A stretch of DNA of 33,212 bases from Octopus sinensis (lineage: Eukaryota). The position numbers were made by a program, and so were the translations under genes. This document shows positions 1 to 11,075 of the stretch, piece after piece. The DNA is taken from contig NW_021832073.1 of assembly GCF_006345805.1 (NCBI RefSeq), positions 1-33,212 on the forward strand. Reading direction: 5' to 3'. Below the pieces are notes generated by a model that was not told where the DNA came from, did not search any database, and saw only the letters and a list, made by a program, of their open reading frames with translations. The first letter of the stretch is position 1. Each line of letters starts with the position of its first letter.

Positions 1-132
1 AGTAATTAATAATTCCACCAAGAAGAATTCGGCATGTTAAAAGGACCGTTTTAATCACTATTTTATAATAACGAGTATAATTATAATTGGGGTTCAGCAA
101 AGATTTGCTTTACCACATACCGAACTTTAGAA

Positions 133-535
133 GTGGCTGTGTGGTAAGTAGCTTGCTAACCAACCACATGGTTCCGGGTTCAGTCCCACTGCGTGGCATC
201 TTGGGCAAGTCTCTTCTCTTCTGCTATAGCCCCGGGCCGACCATGCCTTGTAAGTGGATTGGTAGACGGAAACTGAAAGAAGCCTGTCGTATATATGTAT
301 ATATATATGTATGTGTGTGTATATGTTTGTGTGTCTGTGTTTGTCCCCTTAGCATTGCTTGACAACCGATGCTGGTGTGTTTATACATCCCCGTTACTTA
401 GCGGTTCGGCAAAAGAGACCGAAATAAGTACTGGGCTTACAAAGAATAAGTCCCGGGGTCGATTTGCTCGACTAAAGGCGGTGCTCCAGCATGCCGCAGT
501 CAAATGACTGGAACAATTAAAAGAGTAAAAGGAGT
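133..535 (+). mobile_element. tRNA-derived SINE, family A (CORE-like body, internal TA/GT microsatellite), near full length
   Basis: A-box-like TGGCTGTGTGG and B-box-like GGTTCAGTCCC; body CTTGGGCAAGT..CTTCT; 3' tail AAAAGAGTAAAAG. Homologous copies at 751, 5802, 16623, 25451 and 27383. Confidence 0.9.
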
Positions 536-750
536 AACAGAGTCTATTCGTAATTATAAAATATAATATATATATACATATATATAAAATTAAATAAGGG
601 TAGGAATTGATATTAATCAATTAAAACCAGTGGCCTAGCATATCTTTAAAAAATCCGAAGATTAAAAATGTTTTTACATACAAAATTTAGAGGACTGACC
701 ACTAAAAGTGGACAGCCTTTATGCTAGATATAGACGTCAAAATCGCCATT

Positions 751-990
751 TTCCACTTATTCTATCGATCTCTTTTGCCGACCGCTAACTTACGGGGAGG
801 GGGGCGTAATCACACCAGCATCGTTTGTCAAGCAATGTTGGCGGGGGGGGGGGAAACACAGACACACAAACATATACACACACATCCAGTTTACTGCCCA
901 TGCTGCTCTAGTAGAAGACAGTTGCCCAAGATGCCGTGCAGAGTGACTGAACCCTAAATCACGTGATTGCGGCGCGAACTTCTTAATCAC
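751..990 (-). mobile_element. SINE family A, degenerate and internally deleted
   Basis: Reverse-complement match to 133-535 (TCTCTTTTGCCG, ACACCAGCATCG, GTAGAAGACAGTTGCCCAAGATGCC) with a central block missing. Confidence 0.75.
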
Positions 991-2103
991 GTTCGGAGAA
1001 TATCTCTAGAAATTCCTTACAAACCCTCGCCCTTCTACAGCCTTAATTCCATACATAAAACATTTTTATCAGATTCGTTGTTATACTTACTAAGGAGCCC
1101 TCCCCAACGTTTTTCTATTACACAACGTAAGGAATTTATTTCGAAGCATTAATGAAGATAACCATGAAAGAGGGCTCATTCAAAATGAAATAATTGCTTG
1201 TTTCGTAGTAACTGTAATTATACATATAATCTTGCAGAGTTATTTAAAGGGCAACCAGCGATCAATTTTTTATCATCTTAGATATTCTATGCTGTTCTAT
1301 CATCTATCACACCTTAAATATATTTATCTGATCTAACTACTCTATCTTAATCATTAATTCCTTAGATCAGATATCTTTCTTGGCCTACTCCTGACGGACG
1401 AACCAACCTCTAGCTTGTTTGCATCCAGCCTCTTCTATCCACTTGTATTTAATACATTATTTTTATCAGTGCAGCTGTCATTCTAAAATGTTCTATAATT
1501 CATCATATTTATAGTGATATTCCCCACTTCGTATTTTGTATGTCTCGGCTTCACAGATTTATGTATCACGTAAGTAGTTTCGCAGATAACTACGAAACTA
1601 CTGTAGTTCATCTTACAATGCCTAATTAATGATAGATATTCATCGCTAGAATGGCTCAACAAAATTAACTAGCGGTAACATATTCAATGCAGAACATCAA
1701 ATCTCAACTTGCCAGAAGAAATACTAAAGCGGTGAGAAGAGAGTTAGGTAACCTCAATGACATATATTATTGTTATCATTTCGATGATTATGGGAGATAA
1801 TTTGGGGCATGTTTAGGCATTATTAGACCTCCTTAGAAAAGGTTAGATTTCACAATACAAGCCGAATTAAGGATGAAAGAATCGCTAAATATAAATAAAA
1901 TCTTGTAAACCGAATAGGTGTGGCAAATTAGCATACTTAGGGATTTAAAGCATTGAGTTGATAGACACAGAAATGCGTTCCATGTTGAAAGCTAATAGTA
2001 AGGGATCGTACTTCATGTTAATTTTAAAAAAATTTCCCAAGCCCTCGGATTCAAAAGACCTGTTGTTTCGTTTCCATGGAATGTGAGTAACCGAGACACA
2101 TGA

Positions 2104-2196
2104 ATAGATAAATAAATAGATAGATAGATAAATAGATAGAAAGAAAGAAAGATAGATAGATAAATAGATGGATGGATGGATAGATAGATAGATAGT

Positions 2197-2276
<80 letters not shown>

Positions 2277-2325
2277 CACACACAAACACGTATATATATA
2301 TATATATGTATGTACATATAATACG

Positions 2326-2372
<47 letters not shown>

Positions 2373-2408
2373 TATATATATATACATATATATATATATT
2401 ATATATAT

Positions 2409-2451
<43 letters not shown>

Positions 2452-2463
2452 ATATATATATAC
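2104..2463. repeat. Compound microsatellite (GATA)n then (TA)n
   Basis: Directly visible; source of several spurious ORFs. Confidence 0.97.
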
Positions 2464-2478
2464 ATGGTTAAATCAGAC

Positions 2479-2862
2479 AGGAGGCGCAATGGCCCAGTGG
2501 TTAGGGCAGCGGACTCGCGGTCGTAGGATCGCGGTTTCGATTCCCAGACCGGGCGTTGTGAGTGTTTATTGAGCGAAAACACCTAAGCTCCACGAGGCTC
2601 CGGCAGGGGATGGTGGTGATCCCTGCTGTACTCTTTCACCCAACTTTCTCTCACTCTAACTTCCTGTTTCTGTTGTGCCTGTATTTCAAGGGGCCGGCCT
2701 TGTCACTCTCTGTGTCACGCTGAATATCCCTGAGAACTACGTTAAGGGTACACGGTGTCTGTGGAGTGCTCAGCCACTTACACGTTAATTTCACCGCAGG
2801 CAGTTCCGTTGATCGGATCAACCGGAACCCTCGTCGTCGTAACCGACGGAGTGCTTCCTTCC
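2479..2862 (+). mobile_element. tRNA-derived SINE, head H1 + tail T1, full length with 10-bp TSD
   Basis: A box TGGCCCAGTGG, B box GTTTCGATTCC; TSD TAAATCAGAC at 2469-2478 and 2863-2872; near-identical inverted copy at 22075-22475. Confidence 0.95.
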
Positions 2863-3156
2863 TAAATCAGACTAAAGAACATGGACATACATATATACAG
2901 AGAGAGAGGGAGAGAAAAGGAGAGAGATATATACGTATATATACATACATGCATACATTCACATATACATACATACATTCATGCATGCATACATACAAAA
3001 AAGTTCGTTTTCAATGCCTTCGTCTAGAAATATGCCGACTTTAGCCTAAATCGGTAACTGATTTATTTCTCCAATAATTAATAAGAGAAACAGCTTTTAC
3101 TCGCCATCGTAGTGTTATCCTGAACAGATTTTAAAATACACAACTACACCACGATA

Positions 3157-3230
3157 ATGGCTGAAACAATCACCAATACAGATGAAACTAACAATGTCTC
3201 ACCAGCGATAGAAATAGAACTACTTCACCG
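3157..3230 (+). CDS. Candidate first coding exon (MAETITNTDETNNVSPAIEIELLHR), product unknown
   Basis: ATG in good context (ataATGG), 24 open codons in non-repetitive sequence, strong donor CCG|GTAAGT. No homology recognised and no confident downstream exon. Confidence 0.25.
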
Positions 3231-3560
3231 GTAAGTTATTTAAGAAGACGTAAGTACTCTTCCCATTTTACTTGGACTCAACAACTAAACGGAGATTAAT
3301 TTTGGGGCTATGAAAAAACCCGAGACGACCCTTCAATCAGATACATGAATACATGAAGTGGTTAAAATAATACTCATCCCAACTTAAATGCAGTCACGGC
3401 GAAACAGCTCCGACAAAAAGCATCTTTTGTAAAAAAAAAAAAATTAAAATAAAATAAAAAGCAAATCAACTGGTCCTCGAATCCCCCCCCCCAAAAAAAA
3501 ACTCTGAAAATGGGTCAAAATCTGCCAGAAGAGACGCAAAAAATAACGTAAACAAACCAA

Positions 3561-3928
3561 GCTTGGTGGAGTTGCCGGTTTAGTCGCCGACGACCCAACC
3601 ATGCAATAGGTTGTACTGGGTTACATGTAACCAGTAGCACTCGGAAGTGAAGGACTCCTAACCTTTGTTAGGACATCCTTCTAGGAGAAGGTAACTCAGG
3701 TAACTGGGATAACTCCGACATAAAACCTGCGGCTCAGTGGTTACCGATGATGTTGACTTGTTCTTCTTTTCGGATTATGGCTGCTGTTGCTTAGTGAGTG
3801 GGATTGACTCAGTGCACAGCCTTTCCTCACTTTAAAAAAAAATCTTCTTGCACATGCATTGCACGATAACAACATTGGTTAAGCTTCGTGCAATGGCCAT
3901 ACTCGATAACGAGGGGGTAGCCACCATG
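3561..3928 (+). mobile_element. GC-richer structured segment, probable LINE (RTE-like) 5' UTR relic
   Basis: Several adjacent hairpins; the motif CTAGGAGAAGGTAACTC...TAAAACCTGCGG resembles RTE 5' leaders as I recall them. Ends abruptly at a microsatellite with no ORF. Confidence 0.4.
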
Positions 3929-3955
3929 TAAGTATGTATGTCTCTCTCTCTTTCT

Positions 3956-4004
<49 letters not shown>

Positions 4005-4431
4005 TACATAATCGGATTGTTACCAAACACTCCGTTTAATCGCTAACGCGAAACCGATTGCTAAGATCGACCATAGTGTATATATATTACTGTACATTTT
4101 GAATAATATATAAACTCATGTATTGTGTACATTAAATGTAGATTGAAGCAAAATAGTATTTCTCAACTAGTTTCAGTGCAGTTGACTGTTTTAGATCTTT
4201 TTGAAGGTGTTTTGCCATCGTCTATTAACAAAATAACCTCTGTGACTGCGTTCAAAGAAAGATGATCATATAATTACTCACGTATTTACTGATCAATGAT
4301 CATGTCAAGTACTATCAGCCGTATTGATTATTGGTAATTCAGAAACCAAATCAAGAATTCTTTTATTTTGATATCAATGTGACTTCTAGTGCAGATCAAA
4401 TTTACACACTGTACAACCGACAATATATAGT

Positions 4432-4927
4432 TATGTATGTATGTATGTATGTATGTATGTATGTATGTATGTATGTATGTATGTATGTATGTATGTATGT
4501 ATGTATGTATGTATTTACGTATGTATGTATGTGTGGAGGCACATGGCCTAGTGGTTAGAGCAGCGGACTCGCGTTGGAGAGATCGCGGGTTCGAGTCTCA
4601 GACCGGGCGATGTGTATGTTTATGAGCGAAAAAAACCTAAACTCCACGCGGCTCCGGCAGAAGATAATGGCGAACTTCTGCTGATTCTTTCGCCACAACT
4701 TTCTCTCACTCTTTCCTCCTGCATCTTGCAGTTCACCTGCGACACACCGGCGTCTCGTCCAGGTGGGGAACCTATACGTCAAGGAAACCGGCCCTTATGA
4801 GCCAGGCGTGGTTTGAGAAGGAACAAACAACAACAACATGTATGTATGTATGTATGTATGTATGTATGTATGTATGTATGTATGTATGTATGTATGTATG
4901 TATGTATGTATGTATGCATGCATGCAT
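4432..4927. repeat. (TATG)n microsatellite interrupted by a SINE
   Basis: TATG arrays at 4432-4533 and 4838-4927 flank the SINE. Confidence 0.95.
4534..4836 (+). mobile_element. SINE head H1 + tail T2 (variant ending GAGAAGGAACAAACAACAAC)
   Basis: A box TGGCCTAGTGG, B box GGTTCGAGTCT; head matches the 2479 copy; tail matches the 21469 copy. Confidence 0.9.
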
Positions 4928-5061
4928 GCAGATGAGAGACAGATATTCTCCGCATAGAATACACTTCGTAGTGCTGAGGAGATTTTAACTTGAACATGTA
5001 GAGGAGTAAATATAAGGTTAAGCATGCTAGGCAAGTCAACAGGCAAAAATATTCTTTTCTT

Positions 5062-5235
5062 CTCTAGTCACAAGGCCCGAAATTTTGGGGCGAGGGGGCC
5101 AGTGGATTAGATCGACCCCAGTACGTAACTGGTGCTTCATTTATCGACCCCGAAAGGATGAAAGGCAAAGTCGACCTCGGTAGAATTTGAACTCAGAACG
5201 TAAAGATAGACGAAATTCCGCTAAGACTTTCCGCC
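5062..5235 (-). mobile_element. SINE family C, partial
   Basis: Reverse complement of GTTCTGAGTTCAAATT..CCGAGGTCGACTTTGCCTTTCATCCTTTCGGGGTCGATAAA, with the CCCCAAAATTTCGGGCCTTGTG tail. Confidence 0.88.
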
Positions 5236-5370
5236 TCTCTCAGCCTCCACGACTCTGCACCATGTAACATTGTTGGCACAATCATGCCCTCATACCACAA
5301 CTCTTTTCGCTTTCATACTCAACATTTTTATCTCAAAAAAAAAAAAAAAAGAAATATATGTGACTTCATT

Positions 5371-5697
5371 GACCGAGGTTACCGTTGTCTTTTCCGTAGG
5401 CTTTTCTTTCCACGGGTAAACCTCACCTGTCCTCCCCTTTACACTTCATATTGACATTTCTGTGATAACGATCCCTATTGATCAATTTTTTTCCTTTCCC
5501 TTCCCCCCCCCATTTTTTTTTTAATTTTATTCCCCGCTTTTTTGTCTTTTTTCTTTCCCTTTACGATCCCTTTTGATCGAAAACCAAACCCCCTTTTTTT
5601 ACTCCCCAAAAGAAAAGCTCTACCTTGTAATTTTGTCGTGTCTGTGTGCAGCCCTGTGTGGCTAATAAAGAAACATATCTCTCAGCAAACCTTGGCT
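5371..5697 (+). mobile_element. Probable LINE 3' UTR relic
   Basis: Pyrimidine-rich segment with duplicated ACGATCCCTWTTGATC (5468, 5562), ending GCCCTGTGTGGCTAATAAAGAAAC with an AATAAA signal. Family assignment is from recollection only. Confidence 0.4.
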
Positions 5698-5761
5698 CTT
5701 TAAAAGCCTCCACTTCTTCTCCACATTTCTTACCTCCCGTTTGTATGTTTATGTATTATAC

Positions 5762-5801
<40 letters not shown>

Positions 5802-5804
<3 letters not shown>

Positions 5805-6036
5805 TCTTTACTCTTTTACTTGTTTCAGTCATTTGATTGTGGCCATGCTGGAGCACCGCCTTCAGTCGGGCAAATCGATCCCAGGACTTTTCTTTGTAAG
5901 CCTAGTACTTATTTTATATCGGTCTCTTATGACGAACCGCTAAGTGACGGGGACGTAAACACACCGGCATCGGTTATCAAGCGATGTTGGGGGGACAAAT
6001 ACAGACACACAAACATATACACACACATACATATAT
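5802..6036 (-). mobile_element. SINE family A, 3' half
   Basis: Reverse-complement match to 300-535, including the (CTCTTTTA) tail. Confidence 0.9.
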
Positions 6037-6080
6037 AAGCATTTCGCCCGGCGTGCTAACGTTTCTGCCAGCTCGCCACC
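6037..6080 (-). mobile_element. SINE family C head (44 bp) directly abutting the family A 3' half
   Basis: Minus strand reads GGTGGCGAGCTGGCAGAAACGTTAGCACGCCGGGCGAAATGCTT, matching the head at 9815. Confidence 0.85.
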
Positions 6081-6104
6081 TTGACATGCAAAAACACATT
6101 AAAT

Positions 6105-6158
6105 ACATTTAATCGAACTCGGAATCTTGGGGTTCGATTCCAGGCAGTGACCTGAATG

Positions 6159-6249
<91 letters not shown>

Positions 6250-6430
6250 CAACAACAACATCGAAAAATACCTTAGGAACGAGAACCCAGGTTCGAAATT
6301 TCCCCAAGACACCTGATTAAGGCTGGAGGATATATCAGCCGAAACGTTATGTTAACAGCAAACAAGATGAGAACAAATATCCGTCAAATGTAAATAATGT
6401 ACATAATACCTCATCTCTTAAATATAGAAC
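6105..6430 (+). mobile_element. Penelope-like element terminus with internal (TAA)n/(CAA)n tract
   Basis: Contains the CTGA..A-stem-GAAACGT hammerhead-like signature typical of Penelope-like element terminal repeats. Confidence 0.6.
6308..6353 (+). ncRNA. Degenerate minimal type-I hammerhead ribozyme motif
   Basis: GACAC-CTGATTA-A-GGCTGG(aggatata)TCAGCC-GAAAC-GTT-ATGTT. Six-bp helix II and palindromic ACGT helix III; G8 is changed to U and helix I has a mismatch. Confidence 0.65.
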
Positions 6431-6486
6431 GACACACATATGTATATGTGTGTATACATACATGCACATACACATTCTCAAGTTAC

Positions 6487-6559
6487 CTAACAATGAAATT
6501 AAATTAGGAACAGCCACATTCTTAACCAGAACCAGACAGATATGTTTAATGATGAGTGC
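6487..6559 (-). other. Candidate 73-nt exon
   Basis: Strong acceptor TTTTTAACTTTTTCGTTTCAG| and donor TAG|GTAACT; one open frame (ALIIKHICLVLVKNVAVPNLISLL). No homology recognised. Confidence 0.25.
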
Positions 6560-6687
6560 CTGAAACGAAAAAGTTAAAAATGAATTATGAATGAAAACTG
6601 AAATTAAAAAAACAAAAATTAAACGTGACAGAATGAACTTGAAAAGAATCCAATCTTTCACAATAGAAGAGTTTGAAAAACACTTAT

Positions 6688-6698
6688 AAAATGGCGGC
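6688..6698 (+). promoter_or_regulatory. YY1-type motif AAAATGGCGGC, possible promoter-proximal site
   Basis: Match to the YY1 core in unique sequence, followed by an intron-like 48-nt segment (6797-6844) and an ATG in good context. Confidence 0.25.
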
Positions 6699-7866
6699 TA
6701 CATAAAACAAAAGAGCGCGTATCGTGTATTCTGAACATTACTTTTAGTTCCAGTTTTCAAACCTAGATTTTCAGTAGTTTGTTTTCTTTTCAGAAGGTAA
6801 TATCCAACAAACAGAGTGCTAATTACTCTTCGTGTTTTCTTCAGGGACTATGGCAAAGAAACTTAATGTTTCTATTATGTAAATAGACCATTTACCAGAG
6901 CAGATTTATAGACTGCTCATGACCTCATGAGAATTATATTTCATTTCTCATTTTTACATCATATAATATATTTTTCGAACGTCTCGATTTAGAATTTTAG
7001 AACTCTGCGTATATATGTGTTGTTAGTTGATTTATAGTTTAATTATTGCGACCATCGAATGGAGATTTTTTCGCCGCTTTTCCACACACAGTTGCAGACG
7101 ACAGAAACACATTCCTATACACTCTCTTCTCATTTTCTCTCTCTCTCTCTCTCTCGCTCTCTGTTTCCCCTTTCTCGCTTGCTTGCTTTCCTCTTTTTCC
7201 TTTAATATCTATTTATGTCATCGATAATAAATCTGTATTGCTTCATCTTAAACACACACAAACACACACACACACACACACACAGAGCATTTGAATGCGT
7301 ATTAGAATGTTTCATATTAAGAAATATCTTCAACTTCAACCTTTCCCTTCTTCTTCTTCATATTTTGGTATTTCGATATTTCTGGTTTCATTCCATTGAA
7401 AATTGAGATTTATTTGCAATGTGATTCTGCAGTGTGTGTTGCGAGTAGATGTATGTATGCGAAGAGGACTCGCCGAACACATAAGCAACTTCAAAGCGTC
7501 TGTATTTCTTTCTATCTACTCGTATTTGTTTTCGTGTAAGCACATGTATGTATGTATATATGAATGCATGTATTATTGTATGTATACATAGATATATGTA
7601 CGTGCGTATAAATATATATGTGTATGTATATATAAATATGAATATATATACATATATATTTGTATATATATATATATATATATCCTATCACCTACACCAC
7701 TACAGTTATCAAGTATTCAACCTGAATTTTTTGTACCTTATATATATATATGTATGTATATATGTACGTATGTATGTATGTATGTATGTATGTATGTATG
7801 TATGTATGTATGTATGTATGTATGTACGTATATATATTACTTTTGAAATATATATATATATGCATA

Positions 7867-7900
<34 letters not shown>

Positions 7901-8171
7901 ACTTATATAAAAATTAGAATAAACCACCTTTTATCAATTCAAAATTTACAATTAAATTACGCCATCTAGAAAATTACATATAATAGAAATATTAAAATTA
8001 AAATAACGATAAAATACCGATGATTAAGTAAATTTCAAAAAATAATAAAAACGTAAATAAATGGTAGAATAACTTATATATATATATTATATATATACAT
8101 ATAACTTTTGAAATATATATATAATAATATATATATATATATATATATATTAGAGAGAGAGAGAAGAGGAG

Positions 8172-8225
<54 letters not shown>

Positions 8226-8290
8226 AAAGAGAGGAGAGAGAGAGGAGAAAGAGAGAGAGAAAAGAAGAGAGAGAGAGAGAGAGAGAGTCA

Positions 8291-8425
8291 TTCCAAACAA
8301 GAACAAGTAAGAAAATACAACAACGCGAGGACGTGGAACAAGTACTGTGTTATTGGACGCTCAGGAAAGGAAAGAAAAGAAAGGGGATTTCACGTTTCCA
8401 GCGGAGCTCTTCATCAGAAATATAG
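8291..8425 (-). mobile_element. Penelope-like element terminus
   Basis: Minus strand shows a hammerhead-like motif followed by TTCCTGAGCGT, a downstream motif shared with the 25851-26030 copy. Confidence 0.6.
8387..8421 (-). ncRNA. Minimal hammerhead ribozyme-like motif with intact CUGAUGA core
   Basis: Minus strand reads ATTT-CTGATGA-A-GAGC(tcc)GCTG-GAAAC-GTG-AAAT. Helix I is ATTT/AAAT; helix II closes with a G.G mismatch; the cleavage triplet is GUG. Confidence 0.7.
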
Positions 8426-8427
8426 AA

Positions 8428-8840
8428 TATATATATATATATAAAAATAAGCAAAAGGATATCCAAGGTAGTGTAGTACAATCGTTTCATGTTACACTAC
8501 CTTGGATATCCTTGTTAATGTGTGTGTAATAAATGTGTAACGGTGTTTGTCTGTCTGTGTGTTTGGGATTAATCGAACTCCTCGCACACTGTCCAACCGA
8601 TTTTAATGATTTTTGGCACATTGGTATGTCACAAATAAGGCCGGAATTTTTTGAAATCGGGCGTTTGAATGGAAATTCTTATATCGATGTTATTTTTCCC
8701 GCAGCGTTTGCAATTTTTCACGTGTAAAATTTCAACAAAATCGACAGAATAGTCTCTAAGGAAATGCTTATTCAATACAAGGTCAGAGGTGGACTTAAAT
8801 GCACAGAGAAAACACGAGCAACACCAGGTTCAACCGCTAG
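8428..8840 (+). mobile_element. Non-autonomous Helitron-like element
   Basis: Starts TATATATAAAA; 21-bp perfect inverted repeat near the 5' end; short GTCT run; AACCGATTTTAATGATTTTTGGCACA body; 3' end CGAGCAACACCAGGTTCAACCGCTAG resembles the Helitron hairpin+CTAG terminus. Confidence 0.7.
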
Positions 8841-8842
8841 CT

Positions 8843-8857
8843 TATATATATATATAA

Positions 8858-8902
<45 letters not shown>

Positions 8903-8986
8903 TATATATATATATACATATATATATATACATATATATATGTATGTATGTATGTATGTAATGTATATATGTATATAGTATCATAA

Positions 8987-9023
<37 letters not shown>

Positions 9024-9180
9024 ATATATTATATGTATATATATATATCATATATATATTATATATATATATATATAGTATATATATAGATATATATATA
9101 TATAGAATATATATATATATACTATATATATATATATATATATTATACATATATATATATATATGTATATATATTAAAGG
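8843..9180. repeat. Degenerate (TA)n microsatellite
   Basis: Directly visible. Confidence 0.95.
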
Positions 9181-9767
9181 AAAAATGAATGTGCGTATAA
9201 ATGTGTATATATATGTAGACATATACATACATATATAAGTATGTGTGTGTATTAAAAATGTATGCCCGCGCGGATGTCTGAGACAGAGACAGAGAGAGAG
9301 AGAGAGGAAAGAAGGTTTGCGTATATACACACGTTCAGTCAGACACACTGACATTTTGCTAACTGGGGATAATCGGATTTTTCCGTCAAGATAGCTTGTC
9401 CGTCAAAAACAACAAACAATAAACATAGCTCAGATAATATCTATCTCGAAATATCATTATACTGAGTAAAAGATAACCTCAGAAAAGAACATAATTTAAT
9501 ATAATACCATATATATTATCCGACCGGAAAATTTCGAGGTGATTATTGGTTTTTAATTTTTTTCTGATAAATCGCAGTGGAACGAGGAATAGAATTACGC
9601 TAAAAGGAGAAAAATGAACGTATAAAACGTATCCCAAAAGGTACAAAATTCTTTGATTCTTGTGCTATTTTTGACAATAAGCTTCGGTTAATTGGTGTGT
9701 AAATTCCTTTGATTTATTCGTGGAGATTAACCGGCCACAGGTGTATCATCATCATCGTCATCATCAA

Positions 9768-9798
<31 letters not shown>

Positions 9799-9814
9799 GT
9801 CAGCATCAACATCA

Positions 9815-10196
9815 GCGGCGAGCTGGCAGAAATGTTAGCACACCGGGCGAAATGCTTAGCGGTATTTTGTCTGCCGTTACGTTCTGAGTTCAAATTCCGC
9901 CGAGGTCGACTTTGCCTTTCATCCTTTCAGGGTCGATTAAATAAGTATCAGTTATGCACTGGGGTCGATATAATCGACTTTAATTCGTTTGTCCGTTCTT
10001 GTTTGTCCTCTCTGTGTTTAGCCCCTTGTGGGTAGTAAAGAAATATGTATTTCGCCTGTCGCTACGTTCGGAGTTCAACTTTGCCTTTCATCCTTTCGGG
10101 GGTCGATAAATTAAGTACCAGTTACGTACTGGGATCGATGTAATCGACTAGCCCCCTCCCCCCAAAATTTCAGGCCTCGTGCTTGTTGTAGAAAGA

Positions 10197-10200
<4 letters not shown>
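9815..10200 (+). mobile_element. SINE family C, full length with internally duplicated body
   Basis: A-box-like TGGCAGAAATG and B-box-like GTTCAAAT; the CTTTGCCTTTCATCCTTTC..GTCGAT module occurs twice; (TTA)n tail. Confidence 0.92.
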
Positions 10201-10255
<55 letters not shown>

Positions 10256-10275
10256 TACTATTACTACTACTACTA

Positions 10276-10325
<50 letters not shown>

Positions 10326-10384
10326 TTATTATTATTATATATTATTATTATTATTATTATTATTATTACTACTACTACTACTAC

Positions 10385-10456
<72 letters not shown>

Positions 10457-10474
10457 CATTGTTGTTGTTGTTGT
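10197..10474. repeat. (TTA)n/(CTA)n/(TTG)n trinucleotide compound repeat
   Basis: Directly visible; extends the SINE tail. Confidence 0.95.
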
Positions 10475-10822
10475 TGTTTTCAGTCGTGTTTGTTTGTTTG
10501 CTTATTTGTCCGAGAACAAAATAGCTCAAGAACCGCTGGATAGTTTCAGAGATGTTTGGCTTCGAGACTGGCACGAATTGATTAGATTCTGGGATCGATC
10601 TGGTACCAGACAAGGATTCTGGATTATTTTTCCCTGTTTTTTCTTTTTTTTTTTTTTTTTACTTAATTTTTAAGAGCAGTTTGGTTCATTTTTTAGTATT
10701 TTCGTTTGTGAGAGCAGTCAAGTTTATATCAGATATTCTCATTTTAAAAATCATCTCTGGCTAATCATTTAGAAGACGTAGGTGTTGCCTTGGCGGAGGT
10801 TTGCCCTCTGAATGCTCTTGTT
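10475..10822 (+). mobile_element. Helentron-associated non-autonomous element (HINE-like), 5' end missing
   Basis: TGTTTTCAGTCGTGTTTGTTTGTTTG start; 3' CCTTGGCGGAGGTTTGCCCTCTGAATGCTCTTGTT resembles the HINE subterminal repeat, small hairpin and TT end. The 5' partner CCTCCGCCAAGG is absent. Confidence 0.7.
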
Positions 10823-10872
10823 GTTGCTATTATTATTATTATTATCATATTATATTATTATTATTATTATTA

Positions 10873-10906
<34 letters not shown>

Positions 10907-10957
10907 TTTTTATTATTATTATTATTATATTATTATTATTATCATTATTGCCATTGC

Positions 10958-11075
10958 TCATCCTTTCGAGGCCCATAAAATAAGTACCAGCCAAGCACTG
11001 GAGTCTATGTAATCGACAAGATCCCACTATCCAGATATTGCTGCCTTGGTGCCAAAAAAATTTGAAACTATTATT
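10958..11075 (+). mobile_element. SINE family C 3' fragment, diverged
   Basis: TCATCCTTTCGAGG..AAAATAAGTACCAG..GCACTGG..GTAATCGAC plus a CCTTGGTGCCAAAA tail. Confidence 0.7.

Noticed and set aside
2479-2560. tRNA-like heads (also 4534, 19201, 20337, 22475, 28757)
   Set aside because: A and B boxes are present, but there is no complete cloverleaf or acceptor stem and each runs into a SINE body.
9510-9599. Minus-strand phase-2 exon candidate that could follow the 19932 exon
   Set aside because: The acceptor is good, but the donor is weak and the peptide (VILFLVPLRFIRKKLKTNN...) is AT-driven and uninformative.
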